Position numbers and translations under genes: made by a program
Source: Camelus dromedarius
Taxonomy: Eukaryota
DNA: 64,000 nucleotides
NCBI RefSeq assembly: GCF_036321535.1
Contig: NC_087438.1
Location: forward strand, 6,140,001 to 6,204,000
Reading direction: 5' to 3'
Shown: positions 26,935-39,393 of the stretch, in pieces
How the letters are laid out: each line of letters begins with the position of its first letter
Numbering within the stretch: the stretch's first letter is position 1
Notes under the pieces: generated by a model
Seen by the model: only the letters and a program-made list of their open reading frames with translations
Told to the model about the DNA's origin: nothing
The model's database searches: none

Positions 26935-28010
26935 AGTTATTTTGGCAAAAGTGTCAGAGTAGGGACTGCTAAACATCTGCCTGTCATAAAAGCAATGAAA
27001 AAAAACTGGTAAAATTGTCAGAATCAACTTTTTCAGATCTCTGAAAATTAACTAGTAGCTTGCAGCAACCTGGTGAGCATTTAGTCAAGGAAAAAAAAAG
27101 TGAAATCTCAGTGAGGACAGGGAGCTTTGTGGCATTTCAACTTAGCTAGTCCCATTCCCTGCTGCCCAGCTCCACAGTGGCCTTGGAAGGTAACAGCCCC
27201 ACCTCCCAGGACCAGAGGTTAGCAGAGCAGGACTGAAAATCTTTCAGAGCCTCACTCCCAAATATGCACTATTATCTGATTTGACTGGTATTTCCTTGGA
27301 AGAACAAGAGGCTCCAGGCAATTAAGGAAATCTCTTTACAATCTTTAGCTGATCACTAAGCTAATGAAGTAAGAGACCTCAAAGATATAGACTTGGCAGA
27401 AATAGATTTTAAAAAATCACTAAACAAACAAACAACTACTATAACAAACAGCAAGCAACCAAAACGAAACAAACCTTGGAGTGGGGTGAAACACTGATTT
27501 CTGGAGCTGCCAAATTATTTTAAATGTCCTATTTTGAACAAAGAAAAATGACAAAAGGAAATGGGAAAGTATCACCCATACACAAGAAAAGTGGCAATCA
27601 ATAGAAATCATCCCCTGGAAAACCCAGATATTGGACTTACTTAACAAATACTTTAAATCAGCTATTACCCTTTTTTTTAAAAAAAAAACTAAGGAAATAA
27701 TGCCTAAAGAAATAAAGATGAGAATGTATATCACTAAATACAGAGCATTAATAAACAGGTGAAAATTCTGAAAACAGAAACAAATGGAAATTCTCACGTT
27801 GAAATTCAACAATAACTGAAATTTAAAAACTCCCTAGAAGGGCTGAGCAGAAGATTTGAGCAGGCAAGAAAAGAATCAGCACACTTGAAGATGGGTCAGT
27901 TGAGAACAGAAAGGGAAAAAAAGAATGAAGAGAATTCAACAGAACCTTAGAAACCTGAGGGAAACCATCAACATACGTGTGATGGGAGTTACAGAAGGAG
28001 TTCACCCAAG
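26935..28010 (+). mobile_element. Old L1M 5'UTR/ORF1 remnant
   Basis: AAAATTGTCAGAATCAACTTTTTCAGA.CTCTG; ORF1 coiled-coil debris CAAATGGAAATTCT..AATAACTGAAATT..AGATTTGAGCAGGCAAGAAAAGAATCAG. Confidence 0.8.
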
Positions 28011-29029
28011 TCACTGAACACCTTCATTCCTCTCTTTCTCGTGCCTGGACATCAGTCTGTTAAATTACATATAAAATCAGTTACATGTGCATTTTGTCTC
28101 TCAACACGTGGGATGACATAAAAAGTCACATTTCTTTATTTCGTTTAAGTTAAATCTGCTCTGTCTGTCACCTGCATGGTTATTGGGAAGTTCAACTTCG
28201 GTCACTATTAGTGTTCTTTGCCCACTGCTCCGTCCCTGCACAGGTTATACAGAATCCCTAGTTTGTGATACCACAAAGCCAGTCTTGCTGACAGGTACGA
28301 ATTCTGTGATGGCTTCTTGTAGACAGGAACACAGATGGAGTCTGTGTGTTCTGTTAGTATCAAGGGCTTCATCCCTCTTCTTCAAGCATGGGCTTTGATT
28401 GTAGCCCAAGTGTTCAGCACCTGAGTATGAGAACCCCATCAAAGCACATGTCACCTCAGTCCATCCCAGCACTCTAGAATCTACACCTAGCTCTTGTCCC
28501 ATCTGGAATCAGGACCACTTCTGCTGCCCCAATTCTAGCACTCATCTTAATTCTAGAAAGACATGGGATTATGGGCTTTAAATGGGCAGAAGCACAGGAA
28601 GCCTTCTCCCCTACTGCCCAATCCCCCAGTCTCAGACCATTATAACCCAAATAGGAGTCTTGAAACTGTCAGGTAAAAGTCAGGGTCGGTGCTGCTTTAT
28701 GATTTTTCAGTCAGTACCACCAAAAACAATGATTGAATAAACAATTTTCTTTCTCTTTGATAATTCATTCCCTCACAAGCACAGAGAGATGGATATGTGT
28801 ATATATGTACTTACTTTATCACACATCCAGAATCGATTTCTTTGTTTCTCTTTAACAGAACTCTGATTTTACTCTGGTGGCCTTCATATTAAGGTGATTT
28901 ATCAAAAGCTGGCTCTTTCCACTCATTCATTCATTCATTCATCATTCACCATTCATTCATTTAGCAACTCCTTCCATCATCCTTACTTTGTTTTGGATTT
29001 TTAAGAAATGTTAATTCAGTATCTCACCC

Positions 29030-29490
29030 CCATTTGCAGCTTGTGCCCCCTCAGTAATCCAAATTAACCAGCTTCAGCCCATTCCTGTTGCCAGTGCTTG
29101 GGTCTGGCGTGGAGACGTGGTGCCCCCTGGACCAATGAGGTATAAAGAGAAGCTTGCCACCAGCTTCAGAGGAAGCTCCTGTTACTCTCCTGGGGCATGC
29201 CCAGGAGCAATCTTTTCCATCTCCAGGTATAAATGAGAGATCCCGGAGCCCCAGGTCCTAGAGATCCCACCATCAGGAAACCAGCCCTGGCAGGAGCTGT
29301 ACTGTGTACCAGGAACTGGAGAAACAGAAAGCCTGGGACCCCAGAACTCTGCTGACCCAGGAAACCGATCAGCACCAAGGCCAGCGGCACCTCAGCCTCC
29401 CAGGCGGTCATTCCCCAGAGCATTTCTGCTTCCTTACTAAGCAATTAGGAGAGGGTTTCTCCTTCCAGTTGCTGAAAACACCTTCACAGA
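29030..29490. mobile_element. Old ERVL LTR (LTR16-like)
   Basis: CCCATTCCTGTTGCCAGTG..GGACCAATGAGGTATAAAGAGAAG..GCTTC; end AGTTGCTGAAAACACC. Confidence 0.5.
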
Positions 29491-30221
29491 CCTTCCAAGC
29501 CAAGAGAATCAGGTTGTTTCTGATTATGTGGACATTGATAAAGAGAAAGGCCCAGTGGACTAAGTCTGGGAAGTTTAAATCAGAGACCTGCTCCAGGGAC
29601 CAGCTTGCCTTTTAATTATTCCATGTTTTGGTCTCTTCTCAGTCTTAACACTGAAGTAGGTAAGAAAAATTATTCCATGGGAGTTGGTGAATATGCAAAT
29701 GAATGCCAATGCCCACACAAAGTCAATTATAATTAACCTTATCATGCTTTCAGCTTGGCCTGATTCATTATGGGATGGTAAGTTTTCAGACAACTTTGAA
29801 TTAATTCTAGAATAGAATTTTGGTCTCCAGTTCCTTCCCTTGAAGCACTATTAACAGTCAGCTAGAGGCTGTGATTTAAATTGCATTCTACTTGGAAACC
29901 AGCCAGAGGAACTCCCCTGCAGAAGTCAGAGGAAGTGAAGTAACTTGGCATTTTCATAGGCCTGTTTCAAACTACAGAGCAGCAAAATTCCTTGAAAAAT
30001 GTGCTTAAAATTCAGCTTCCCAACCTGTTGATCCTTGTTTGCTCACAACTCTCTTGATGTTGTTGAATTAACACACATCTTCCCAAAGTCACAGAAATCT
30101 CTGTACTTCCAGGAGCGCAAAAAGTCAAGGAACAATGCAGCTCAAGATACATTACATTACTAGCCTGTTTCTGTTTCTGTAAAATGGGGGTGGACTTATC
30201 AATTTCAAGTTTTATAGGATT

Positions 30222-30339
30222 GGGGGGGAGGGTACAGCTCAGTGGTAAAGTGCATGCTCTGTGTGCACAAGGTCCTGGGTTCAATCCCCAGTGACTCCAT
30301 TAAGAGGGGAATAAGTTTTTTTAAAAAAAGTTTTTTTTA
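30222..30339 (+). mobile_element. tRNA-derived camelid-type SINE inserted in a MIR
   Basis: A box (CAGCTCAGTGG) and B box (GGTTCAATCCC), no tRNA 3' acceptor stem; flanks AAGTTTTATAGGATT (30207-30221) and AAGATTTATAGGTTT (30340-30354) are an imperfect TSD. Confidence 0.9.
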
Positions 30340-30854
30340 AAGATTTATAGGTTTGAAATGAGCTCATATTTATAATACCCAGTACCATGACCATCTCAGA
30401 GTAGCCATGCATTGTTTGTGTTCACTTCCTTTCCTACTCACACACTTCAAAAACCAGCGTCCACTCAGTCTATTTTCGGTTTGGTTTCAGTTTAGCTTCT
30501 ACCTTACGTTCAGCGTTTCTCTTCGTAAGTCCTCCACTCTCTCCAGAACCATCTCGGCCTTTCTTCTCATCACTGTGTATTACATCGACTTCCCGTCCCT
30601 GAGGGCTGCCTCGTCCTCCCGCCCCTGGGGGCCGCACCGTCTTCCCGCCCCTGCGTGTTACCACCTCCAGCACTCCTGCTGTCCTCGCTGCCCTCCCTCC
30701 CTTGGGGACTCTCCTCTCTCCGCCTCTCCAGACCTTGGAGACCCAGTTTCCCGCCTGCTTCCTCAGGAGGGCCCCTCCCACCCACTTCAGCCATCCACTG
30801 GCTCTGCCTCCAGAGCATCGTCACCCTCTCAAGGCGACAGTGAGGACAGGTAGC

Positions 30855-31102
30855 ACTGAAGTTAACAGGGTGGTTGGGGATTCAGAACACCTGGTCCAAA
30901 ACTAAGTTCTTCCACTTACTAATCGTATAACTTGGGAAAGTTCCTTAATTAATCTTGACGAGTCTCATACCCCTGTCTCTTAAAATGTGAGGACAATATA
31001 CCTGCCTTATAGATTCGTTGTAGGTGAGAATGAAAAATGATGCGCACACCTGAAGCACTTAGAGCAGAGTCCGGCAGGTGGCGCGGGCTCACTGACGTCA
31101 GC
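30855..31102 (+). mobile_element. MIR SINE
   Basis: TCCACTTACTAATCGTATAACTTGGGAAAGTTCCTTAA..TAAAATGTGAGGACAATATACCTGCCTTATAG..AAGCACTTAGAGCAGAGTCCGGCA. Confidence 0.75.
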
Positions 31103-31161
31103 GCCCTGCAGAGTGCAATGACACAGACCCCCCACTAGGGGGCGCGGCAACAGGTGACTCA
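31071..31161 (+). promoter_or_regulatory. Tandem CTCF motifs + CRE + AP-1 module
   Basis: CCGGCAGGTGGCGC 31071-31084; TGACGTCA 31093-31100; upstream motif TGCAATGAC 31114-31122; CCACTAGGGGGCGC 31132-31145; TGACTCA 31155-31161. Confidence 0.75.
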
Positions 31162-31464
31162 TCCCAACGCTCTCAAACAGAAGCAGGACGCAAAGATCCG
31201 AGAGGGGGTCCCTTACAGGTATCAGCAAAACCCCTCAGCTGCCAGCAAATAGGTTTCCAAAGCAAGGAAGCTGAAAATGCTTCATTACACTTTCTATATT
31301 TCATGTGGTACGACGTGATTTCTTTCAGTTTATATTTTAATTAGTGACACAATTCCTCTAGGAAACAGAGAGACTTATAATTAATTAAACAGTAAACTGC
31401 CTACTCTTAATGTTAATCACATTACCTAGTCCATACATCATACTTTGGTAGAAAAAAATACTAA

Positions 31465-31660
31465 CCCAGACTCTAAATCCAGCTTGAAAAATTACTGGCC
31501 ACATGACCTTGGAAAAATTGGCTTCCCTTCAAAAGCCTCATTGCATTTAACGCAACACAAATAAAACAGCTGCCCTCGCAACCTAGTGTATTTATTGAGA
31601 GTTCAGATTGAATAATTTATATGAAAGATGTGTGAGAGCTTCAAACTACTGCCAAAGCAC
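31465..31660 (+). mobile_element. MIR SINE, degraded
   Basis: TTACTGGCCACATGACCTTGGAAAAATT..AGCCTCA. Confidence 0.55.
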
Positions 31661-34600
31661 AAAGGTCTGTCAGGAAGCTGGGCTTACAACAATATTTTTA
31701 AATTTAAAGTTGCCTGGTGAGAAGTTTTCAAGGTGCCAAGTGCTCAGAGTCGTACAGAGCAAGGGTGGTTACTTTAGTCCAGTTATGGCTTTCTGAAATT
31801 CACATTTAAATCAAACGAGATAGTGGGATGAAATACGGCTTTTTCCTTTCCAACCTCCTTAAGTTAATTATTAATGAATCAAGTTTGATGTGTGTGTTTT
31901 TGTGTAGGAAGAAGACATACAGCCGTATACGTTAATGTCTAGGCTCTCAAGAAAAAACACGGAGAAAAGACATATGCCTCTGCTTGAACAGAGTGATTCA
32001 ATAATTGTTTAAAAGGTAAAAAAAAAAAAAAAGAAAAAAAAAAAGAAAGCACATGAGTCCAGATTTTTAACTCTTCTGTTTCTAGCTCCCTGTGCCCAGC
32101 AGGACTTCCCTTCTTGGCACACCAGAATAACAGGCGTGTTGCATGTCACGATTGTATGGTTCTGTCCCATTGACCTGCGGCAACCAGGGGCCATGAGGCA
32201 GGAGATGGGGAGAATCCACAGAGAAGCCGTGCTGTTTGTGTTTTTCTGCTGCTCAAATGCTGTCTGTTTTTTTTGCAGAAGCAGAGAGAAGTCACCGCAG
32301 ACATTAAGAGCCATTTAAGTCTCCAGACTTCTACTACCTCATGTACGGCATGAGGCTGGGACCATCCTTCGCGGCACAGCAGTGAGGATTAAGTGAGAAT
32401 TCGGAGACAGTGTCGCGGGAATCCTGTGTCTGGGTTTTCTCCCCTCTGTGCCTCTGGGGACAGGTACTCCCGGACCGCAGGCAGCTGGATGCTAAAGTGT
32501 TCCCTGTGGGAGAGGAGGTGTCAAAAGTTGCATCTACCATGAAAAAGCTTGCTAGGTCTGTGTCTTCTGGGAGAGCTTCTTTCTTTTAACTAAGACAAAG
32601 CACATAGAGCGCCCTTAGAAGGGACTTCTAAGGGGTCTGCCAGGAGCAGGAACCTTTCCCACCGGAGGCAGCGGGGAAGGCAGGGCAGGATCGCAGAAGG
32701 ACATGGAAAGAACTGGCATCACCAGACATGTCCACATTCCCACGAAACCTCCCCGAAAGCTCTCTGAGTGGGGTTAGTGTTCCTTCTAGGAAGCAGAAAT
32801 TGGCAGGCAGAAGTAACATTCTCAGAGTCACACAGAGACTGCGTGCTCTTCCTGGTTGCCTAAGTGGCGACTGGGTCTTTCAGGAGACCCTCCATCTCCC
32901 TGGCAAAGAGGGGACTAGTCCGCTTCCAGGCACCGGGTCCCCTGGCTGTGGGATGAAGGAGGGCAGAGGCGGGAGGGCAGAAAGAGTCCTCAGTAAAGCC
33001 ACAAAACTTGTGTTTGGGGAGATACGGCTTTTGTTGAGATGAGCCAAAAAAAGGTCTTCCTTTCTTCCAGTCACAGTCTTTATCATTTTTCTCCTCAGGA
33101 ACTTGGAGCCAACAAAGGACTCAGTGCCACCCGGGGAATGCCCAGCTCCTGTAGCTCAGAATGAATTGACAGGCGGCCCACTGGACGGGAAGGTTTTGAT
33201 GACATGCCTCTCAGCTGAGCCATTCACCTGGTGAAATGTGCCTCCTTCACCACGTGTCCCGCCTCAGCCTTTGCCAAGTCATTTCTTGGCCAGCGCGAGT
33301 CCAGGTCTTCACTGCACAGATTCTTATGCATTGTTGGAAAGGAACAAAAGAAATGCTCATTTAGTGAATCTCAGACTATAGAAAATGAGACAGAAAATTG
33401 GTCAATTGAACAATATTCACTCAACATTTATAATAGAACAACTAAACTTATTCTGGATGTTGTAACAGGATACTATTATGGGAAAATTTAGTTTCTAGTT
33501 GAAGTTATCTTTTATATAATATGCATTTGTTGGCAGCAATGAAAGCCTTTCAGACCAAGAATATAATGATTTGCTCTGGTTTAGTAAGATGCAATCAAAA
33601 TCTGGATTGTGATTAGATACTGTGCCTCAGAGTGGTTTACAAATCAAAATTGGCAAGCAATTGCTTCATCCATATATCATTATTATTAAGCATTTATAGT
33701 TGAATTCTTAATTTAAATGCATTTCAGTTGCTTGTACTGAGGAACATTTCTCATAAGTGGATATTTAAAAAATCAGACAATTTGGATATTATGGCATTAA
33801 TATTTTAATAGATTTTTTGGAAATGTGTGATTTTGCAGAGGTGGCATTTAGAGCTTAATATAAATTTTGAACTCAATGCAGTAAGATGTGTGGCATTGGA
33901 GCTTATATACTTAATACCAGTCTAAGGTGTGTGATACCAGGTAATTCAAAGAGCAGACACAGGTCCGTCAGGGCAGCACAGACACAGGAAGCGCCTTCCG
34001 CAGAAGTCGTGAAGACCTTGTGCCGACTGCATGGTGATGTGAAGGCAGTAATCTCTGCATTTTCAGAAAAAAAGAAATAGTAATAGTTCATTAAAATTGC
34101 ATACTAAGCGTATGCCAGGCACTGCGCTGAGAACTTTACATGAATGTCGCATTTCATCTTCAAGATTTCTCAGTGACATAGAAGCAGGACTCAGTAACAA
34201 GGAGACCTGAACTCGAGATGCGGCTTAATAAGTGGTATCAGAAGTTACTGTTACGATTGGCGAAACATTCCCTGCCATCTAGGAAGAAGTTTCTGTGAAA
34301 TGAGTTGCTTGGTGGACAGTGCATGCCTGTCAAGGAGTTTCAGTTATTGTGAGTAACCTGTAAATTCACGTGGTGAGCGGATAATGAATAAACAGAGGAA
34401 ACTCGCCCAGGAAGAGCGGAAATTAAACAGGACTAGAGCGTGCGAGGAAGCTGAGGACTTCCTGGGCTGCACCCCACCGAATCCCAGAGTCAGACCAAGT
34501 ATGTGAAGTGCAGCCTTACTTTTGCTGCCTCACAAGCTCAACAGGGTCAAAGGTTAACTGAAGTGGAAACTGAGGATTTCTTTTTTTAAGTTTAGTTCAT

Positions 34601-35185
34601 ACAATGTTCCTGTGCATGGCAGATGGAGGTTGTTTGGGGAGACAGTTAAACTAAATGTAGTTCTCTGTATATGCAGTATACTGCAGATTGAGTCATGAAT
34701 GTATTTTCAAACCTTTTTAAAAATATTTTTTCCTCCAGCTCTACTGAGATATAATTGACATGATACATTGTGCCAGTTAAGGTGTACAGCGTGTTCAACA
34801 TGTTTCCAAGTGCATGCAAACATTTTTAGTGCTATTAATAACACAAGCTGGACAGAAAATAAAACTGGGTCATCCATCTCACCTCCTGGCCCATCTAGCT
34901 GTGGCTTTGGGATACTCAGTTTAGGGGGCTCTCATTTCCTATCTGTAAAACTTGGGCAGTTGATTACTTTGTCCCTTCAAGGGAGACGATTCCGTGGCTC
35001 TCCAGCATATGTCCCTTGCCAGGGAGTTTTATCTGTTTCTGTGACACAGAAAATGGCACAACATCCAGTTTTCCTGCCCAGTAGGGGATTTTTTTTTTTT
35101 TCACTTTGGACCCTAACGTTCCCATAAAAAGGAGGCTGACACATTTACTCCTCAAACAGAAATAATCAGGAATAGTCATACATGA

Positions 35186-37575
35186 CAGGTTCTTGAAATG
35201 GGGCCCGAGGACACTAGGGAGCACCTGAGTCCCTTACAGGCAGAAGACAAGGTCAAATCTGTCGTCATAAAATTCCAAGACATGATTTGCCTTTCTCATT
35301 ATCATTCTCTCACTCATGTAGAGTTGAGTTTTCCAGAAGCCACATGACATAATGTCATGGTCACTCTAATAATAAACAGAAGGTATCTTTATGTATTCCT
35401 GTATTTCTAGAATTTTCTAATGCAGTAACTTAGAATATAAATATAAATATGTCATTTTCAGAGATTAACTCAGTCTTTCAGTACCCCTACCGTCTGGTTC
35501 TATTTTCAGCTATACCTGCTAAATTTTCTTTAACCTCAGTATTATTCAATAAATAACTATTTTTACAGCTGAAATTTTTTTTAGTCATATGCAGAAACAC
35601 AGTCAGAGGTGACTACAATTTGTTTTTTCTTTTGCAATATATTTTTATATTTTGGAGGGAAACAGTTCTAAATTTTTTAATTTTATGTATACTGTTATTT
35701 ATTTTAGATTTGATGATGTATTGTTTTAAAATGCAAGCTGATTTATTTATATTACACTGTCCTTGTATTTGAGGTTTGATTACTGGCCTAAGGAGGTATT
35801 TTAGTGCTCACTTTCTCAAACTACAGTGGTACTATCTGCATCTAAAAATGTTAAAAAAAAAAAAAAAAAGATGGGGCTGACATATTAGAGTTGTCTGACT
35901 CGTGAGAGGAAGGAATCTACTCCAGAGAAGATAAAACTATATGTAAGAAATTAAAATATGATGAAAACAATTTTTCCTCTGGCTTCATAGATGTTAATAA
36001 TTGACTATATTGAAACTTATGTGATAGAGCATCTTGAACAATATTGCAGTGCCGGGTAGGTTGCAGCATTATTTTGACACTAATCATTCAAAGATTAAAG
36101 AAAAGGGAATTGACTATACAGAGCACAGATGCCATGAGACACTCTGAGCTTTTGCGATGCAGATTGTTACAGACTTTCTCACCAGAAGTGAGAGAGCCAG
36201 GAAGCACCTCACAGGGTGAGTTACCGCATCGCACTGGCTGGCACTGCCGAATGCCCGCCGGGTGGGCTGCAGCCTCCAAAGCAGTGCCTCCCTCACCTGA
36301 TTCAGTAACTTGTAGATTCACAAATTTTGCTGCAAGCACGAAGACTGAGTCAGTATTTCAGGGACAGAATTGCACTTTGCCTTACAAATGGCTGAATCTA
36401 AGGATGGACAAGACTTGCTGTTTTACTCACGTTGATCTGGAATGAACACCAAATAGTCATTTGGAAAAGATTACCCAGTACTTTTTGAAAGACAAGTTTA
36501 CCATGTAAGAACTGAAATCTGTTGAACAAAAATATTATATACAAAGTCAGGGTACTGAAGACTTGCCAAATGTAATTTACCCTGAAGACTTTTACCAAAT
36601 GTAATTTAACATCTTTAAAACTGTCATGATGCTAAGGACCATGAGGGTAGAAATCAGTGTATCCTGTTTGTTGCAACATTCTTAGAAGTAACTCAGTGCC
36701 TGGAATATAGGAGCTTCTCGTATATTAAATAAATAAAACAGAAACAATCCAACAGAAAACCAGGCAAAGGAAAATAATATACCATCAAAATATGGCCAAG
36801 AAACATAGAAAAAGATGTTTAAACTTTAAACCTAAAAACACAAATTAAAACAAAGAACTTCCATGTGATCCATGAGACTGGCATGGTGAATATTTAACAC
36901 AAAACTTAAGTGGTGCTGAAATATTTGAATAACTTTTTGAAAACCATAGTTTATCCCAGAAAACAGATGTGTTGTTTTCACTCATGGAGCAAAAGCAGTG
37001 ATGGGTAAAACTTCCGGCATGTGAATCAGAGCCATGGCAGGAAACTGTACCAGGACGCATTGTATTCCTCCCTGCCATGCACTTGCATCAAACAAAATAA
37101 ATTTTAAAAATAGTTATACTTAAGAATGTCCTAGATGAAGCAGTAAAAATTATTATTATTAAATCTCAACCCTTTAGTATATGTCCTTTAAAAAAAATAT
37201 TTTGAGCGTTAAAATCAGAAATGTAATGGTTGTTGCAAGAAAAATCACTTGTGTGATTCTTTGAGTTACAAACAAGATTCGCTATTTTTCCATAGAACAT
37301 CTTTTATATTTGAAAAAAAGAACTGACAGACCAACTATGGTTTTGCAAACACAGACATTTGGCTGTCACTTTCTTAACAATGAATAAAGTGAGACGGTAG
37401 CTTCAAAAGAAACAGTTGACAACATTTGTTTTCAGTGACAAAACTTGAGCTTGCAAGTGAAAATTTGAATTTTGGAGAACTTACATCTGCCACTGTGAGC
37501 TTGACAGCTTCCTGATACTTAAAAAATGTTCTCTGTGAGATTGATGGTCATATTAACAAATGTGATGATTTGTGT
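35186..37575 (+). mobile_element. Charlie1 (hAT) autonomous-length DNA transposon fossil with degraded transposase
   Basis: 5' end CAGGTTCTTGAAATG.. and GAGTTTTCCAGAAGCCACATGAC; transposase motifs RVSYRIALAG (36213-36242), VPPSPDSVTCR, FALQMAES (36376-36399), LKNVLDEAVKII (37119-37154); many frameshifts; 3' TIR not seen. Confidence 0.85.
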
Positions 37576-37855
37576 TGTACATCAATCGATGGGACAGTCA
37601 TAAATAAAAGCTCTTTTGGAATGCTTCTTAATTTTTAAGAGTATAAAGGGGCCCCGAAACCAAACCAAAAAACAAAACAAAACAAAAAAATGGAAAACTG
37701 GAGTGGTGACCTATTGCTGGAAAACAGAAGAGGATCAGTGGAAAATGAATCCTGGCCAGACCAACCCAAATAGGGACAATTTTCTTAATTCAGTTCAGCT
37801 CTTCAGTGAGGAGGTGCTAGAAATTCCTGTCATAACTGACAATAGTTTTAAAAAT

Positions 37856-38117
37856 CTTTGATTGAAGTGTAGTTGATTTACAATGTTAGTTTCAGGTATA
37901 CAGCAAAGTGATTCAGTTCTACATATACATACATATATTTTTTTTTCAGATTCTTTCCCATTATATGTTATTATAAGAAATTGAATATAGCTCCCTGTGC
38001 TCTACAGAAGGTCCTTGTTTATCTGTTTTATATACAGTAGCATGTATCTGTTCATCCTCAGCCTCTAATTTATCCCTCCCTGCCCTTTCCCCTTTAGTAA
38101 CCAGAGTTTGTTTTCTA
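37856..38117 (-). mobile_element. Short L1 3' end (artiodactyl type)
   Basis: TTGAAGTGTAGTTGATTTACAATGTTAGTTTCAGGTATACAGCAAAGTGATTCAG..TTCCCCTTTAGTAACCA. Confidence 0.9.
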
Positions 38118-38569
38118 ACCAGCAATTTTTTTCTACGGAGCCATCTTAACATAAATATGGTTGAACCAGTGCAGAGGAAACTGTGAAGGGGGAAATTTTC
38201 ACTTCTTTGCATTGTTGAGGAAATCAAATGTGATGTAGTATTCAAAGTCCCTGACAGAAGAATCATTATTTTTCTGTTTATTTTGTTTGTTTGATTTTTT
38301 GTTTTTTGAATGTCATAGGCTTCTAGGACCTAAGCTATTCCATTTCTTTACTTGTTAAGGCACTTAGAAGACAATACTGATGTCGGGGTAAAGGATGAAT
38401 TAAATGATGGCCAAGATGTGCTCAATAGCAGGACATCACTACAAAGAAATTTCTGGACATAGACACAATCAAACTGGGTTTGAGACACTTGCAAAATTGG
38501 CATAGTTTTCCTTCTCTTCTCCCATAGATGTTTATAAGATTCAGATGCAATAAATGGAAGCACTTTGAA

Positions 38570-38603
38570 ACACACACACACACACACACACACGCGCGCA
38601 CAC
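38570..38603 (+). repeat. (CA)n microsatellite
   Basis: Direct observation. Confidence 0.95.
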
Positions 38604-38830
38604 ATGAAGGATACTGATTTTATTCTGAAAATCAAAAAGAAATTAGATTTTACATAAAGGAACATATGCAACAAACTATAAAAAGAATCCAATTGTTTAT
38701 AATTTTCACTGGATTCTCTTGAGGAACTTAGAATATAGCCATTGAACCCTCCCCATCTTGTATTCTTTCCACCAATTACATAGCAGACTCTATGCCGGGC
38801 TCCGTGACAAGCAGGATGGCCACTTCTAGG

Positions 38831-38831
<1 letters not shown>

Positions 38832-38864
<33 letters not shown>
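38832..38864 (+). repeat. (AAC)n microsatellite
   Basis: About 11 copies. Confidence 0.95.
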
Positions 38865-39393
38865 CTTTTCTGCCTTCAGGGAAGCCTTAGGCAGAAAAGA
38901 CAGACATTAAGCAAACAAGAAAACAAGAAAAAAAATATAACTTTAACTTCAGACTGTGTCAAGTCCTACAAATGAAAGCAATAGGCAGCTAGGAAAAAGA
39001 ATACCTGGCGTGGGGGTGGGCACTGATTTGGCCCCAGGTCAGGGTAGTTTCCGCCAAGGTGATGTTTACGCTGAGACGGGCAGAAGAAGCAGGTAAGGCT
39101 GGGGGTGGTCTCAGGAGGAGAGCAGCATTAGCCAACACCCTCGGATAAGACAGGGGGCCACCGTGGCTGGACTTCAGAGAGCAAGGGGGAGTCAGGGGTC
39201 GGGGTGGAGAGAGGGCGCAGGAGAGATTGTTTTAACCCACATGCAGTGGGCATCCAGGGAGGGCTGTCACAGGGGGTCAGGATCCAGCCACGGTGTGGAA
39301 AGGTCACTCCAGCTGCTCTGCACAGAGTACACAGAAGGCGACCAGGTGGGTGAAGCTGGGTCAGCAAGGACAGCATCCCTGCCACCAGGTGTG

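Noticed and set aside
30222..30300. tRNA gene
   Set aside because: A/B boxes present but no closing acceptor stem; has tail and TSD, so a SINE (same for 40052-40182)
36044..36445. 133-aa ORF as a domesticated transposase gene
   Set aside because: Only part is in the transposase frame; frameshifts and a mutated catalytic motif show a fossil
36555..36610. ~28-bp tandem duplication (CTGAAGACTT..CCAAATGTAATTTA)
   Set aside because: Simple local slippage within repeat debris; no functional hint
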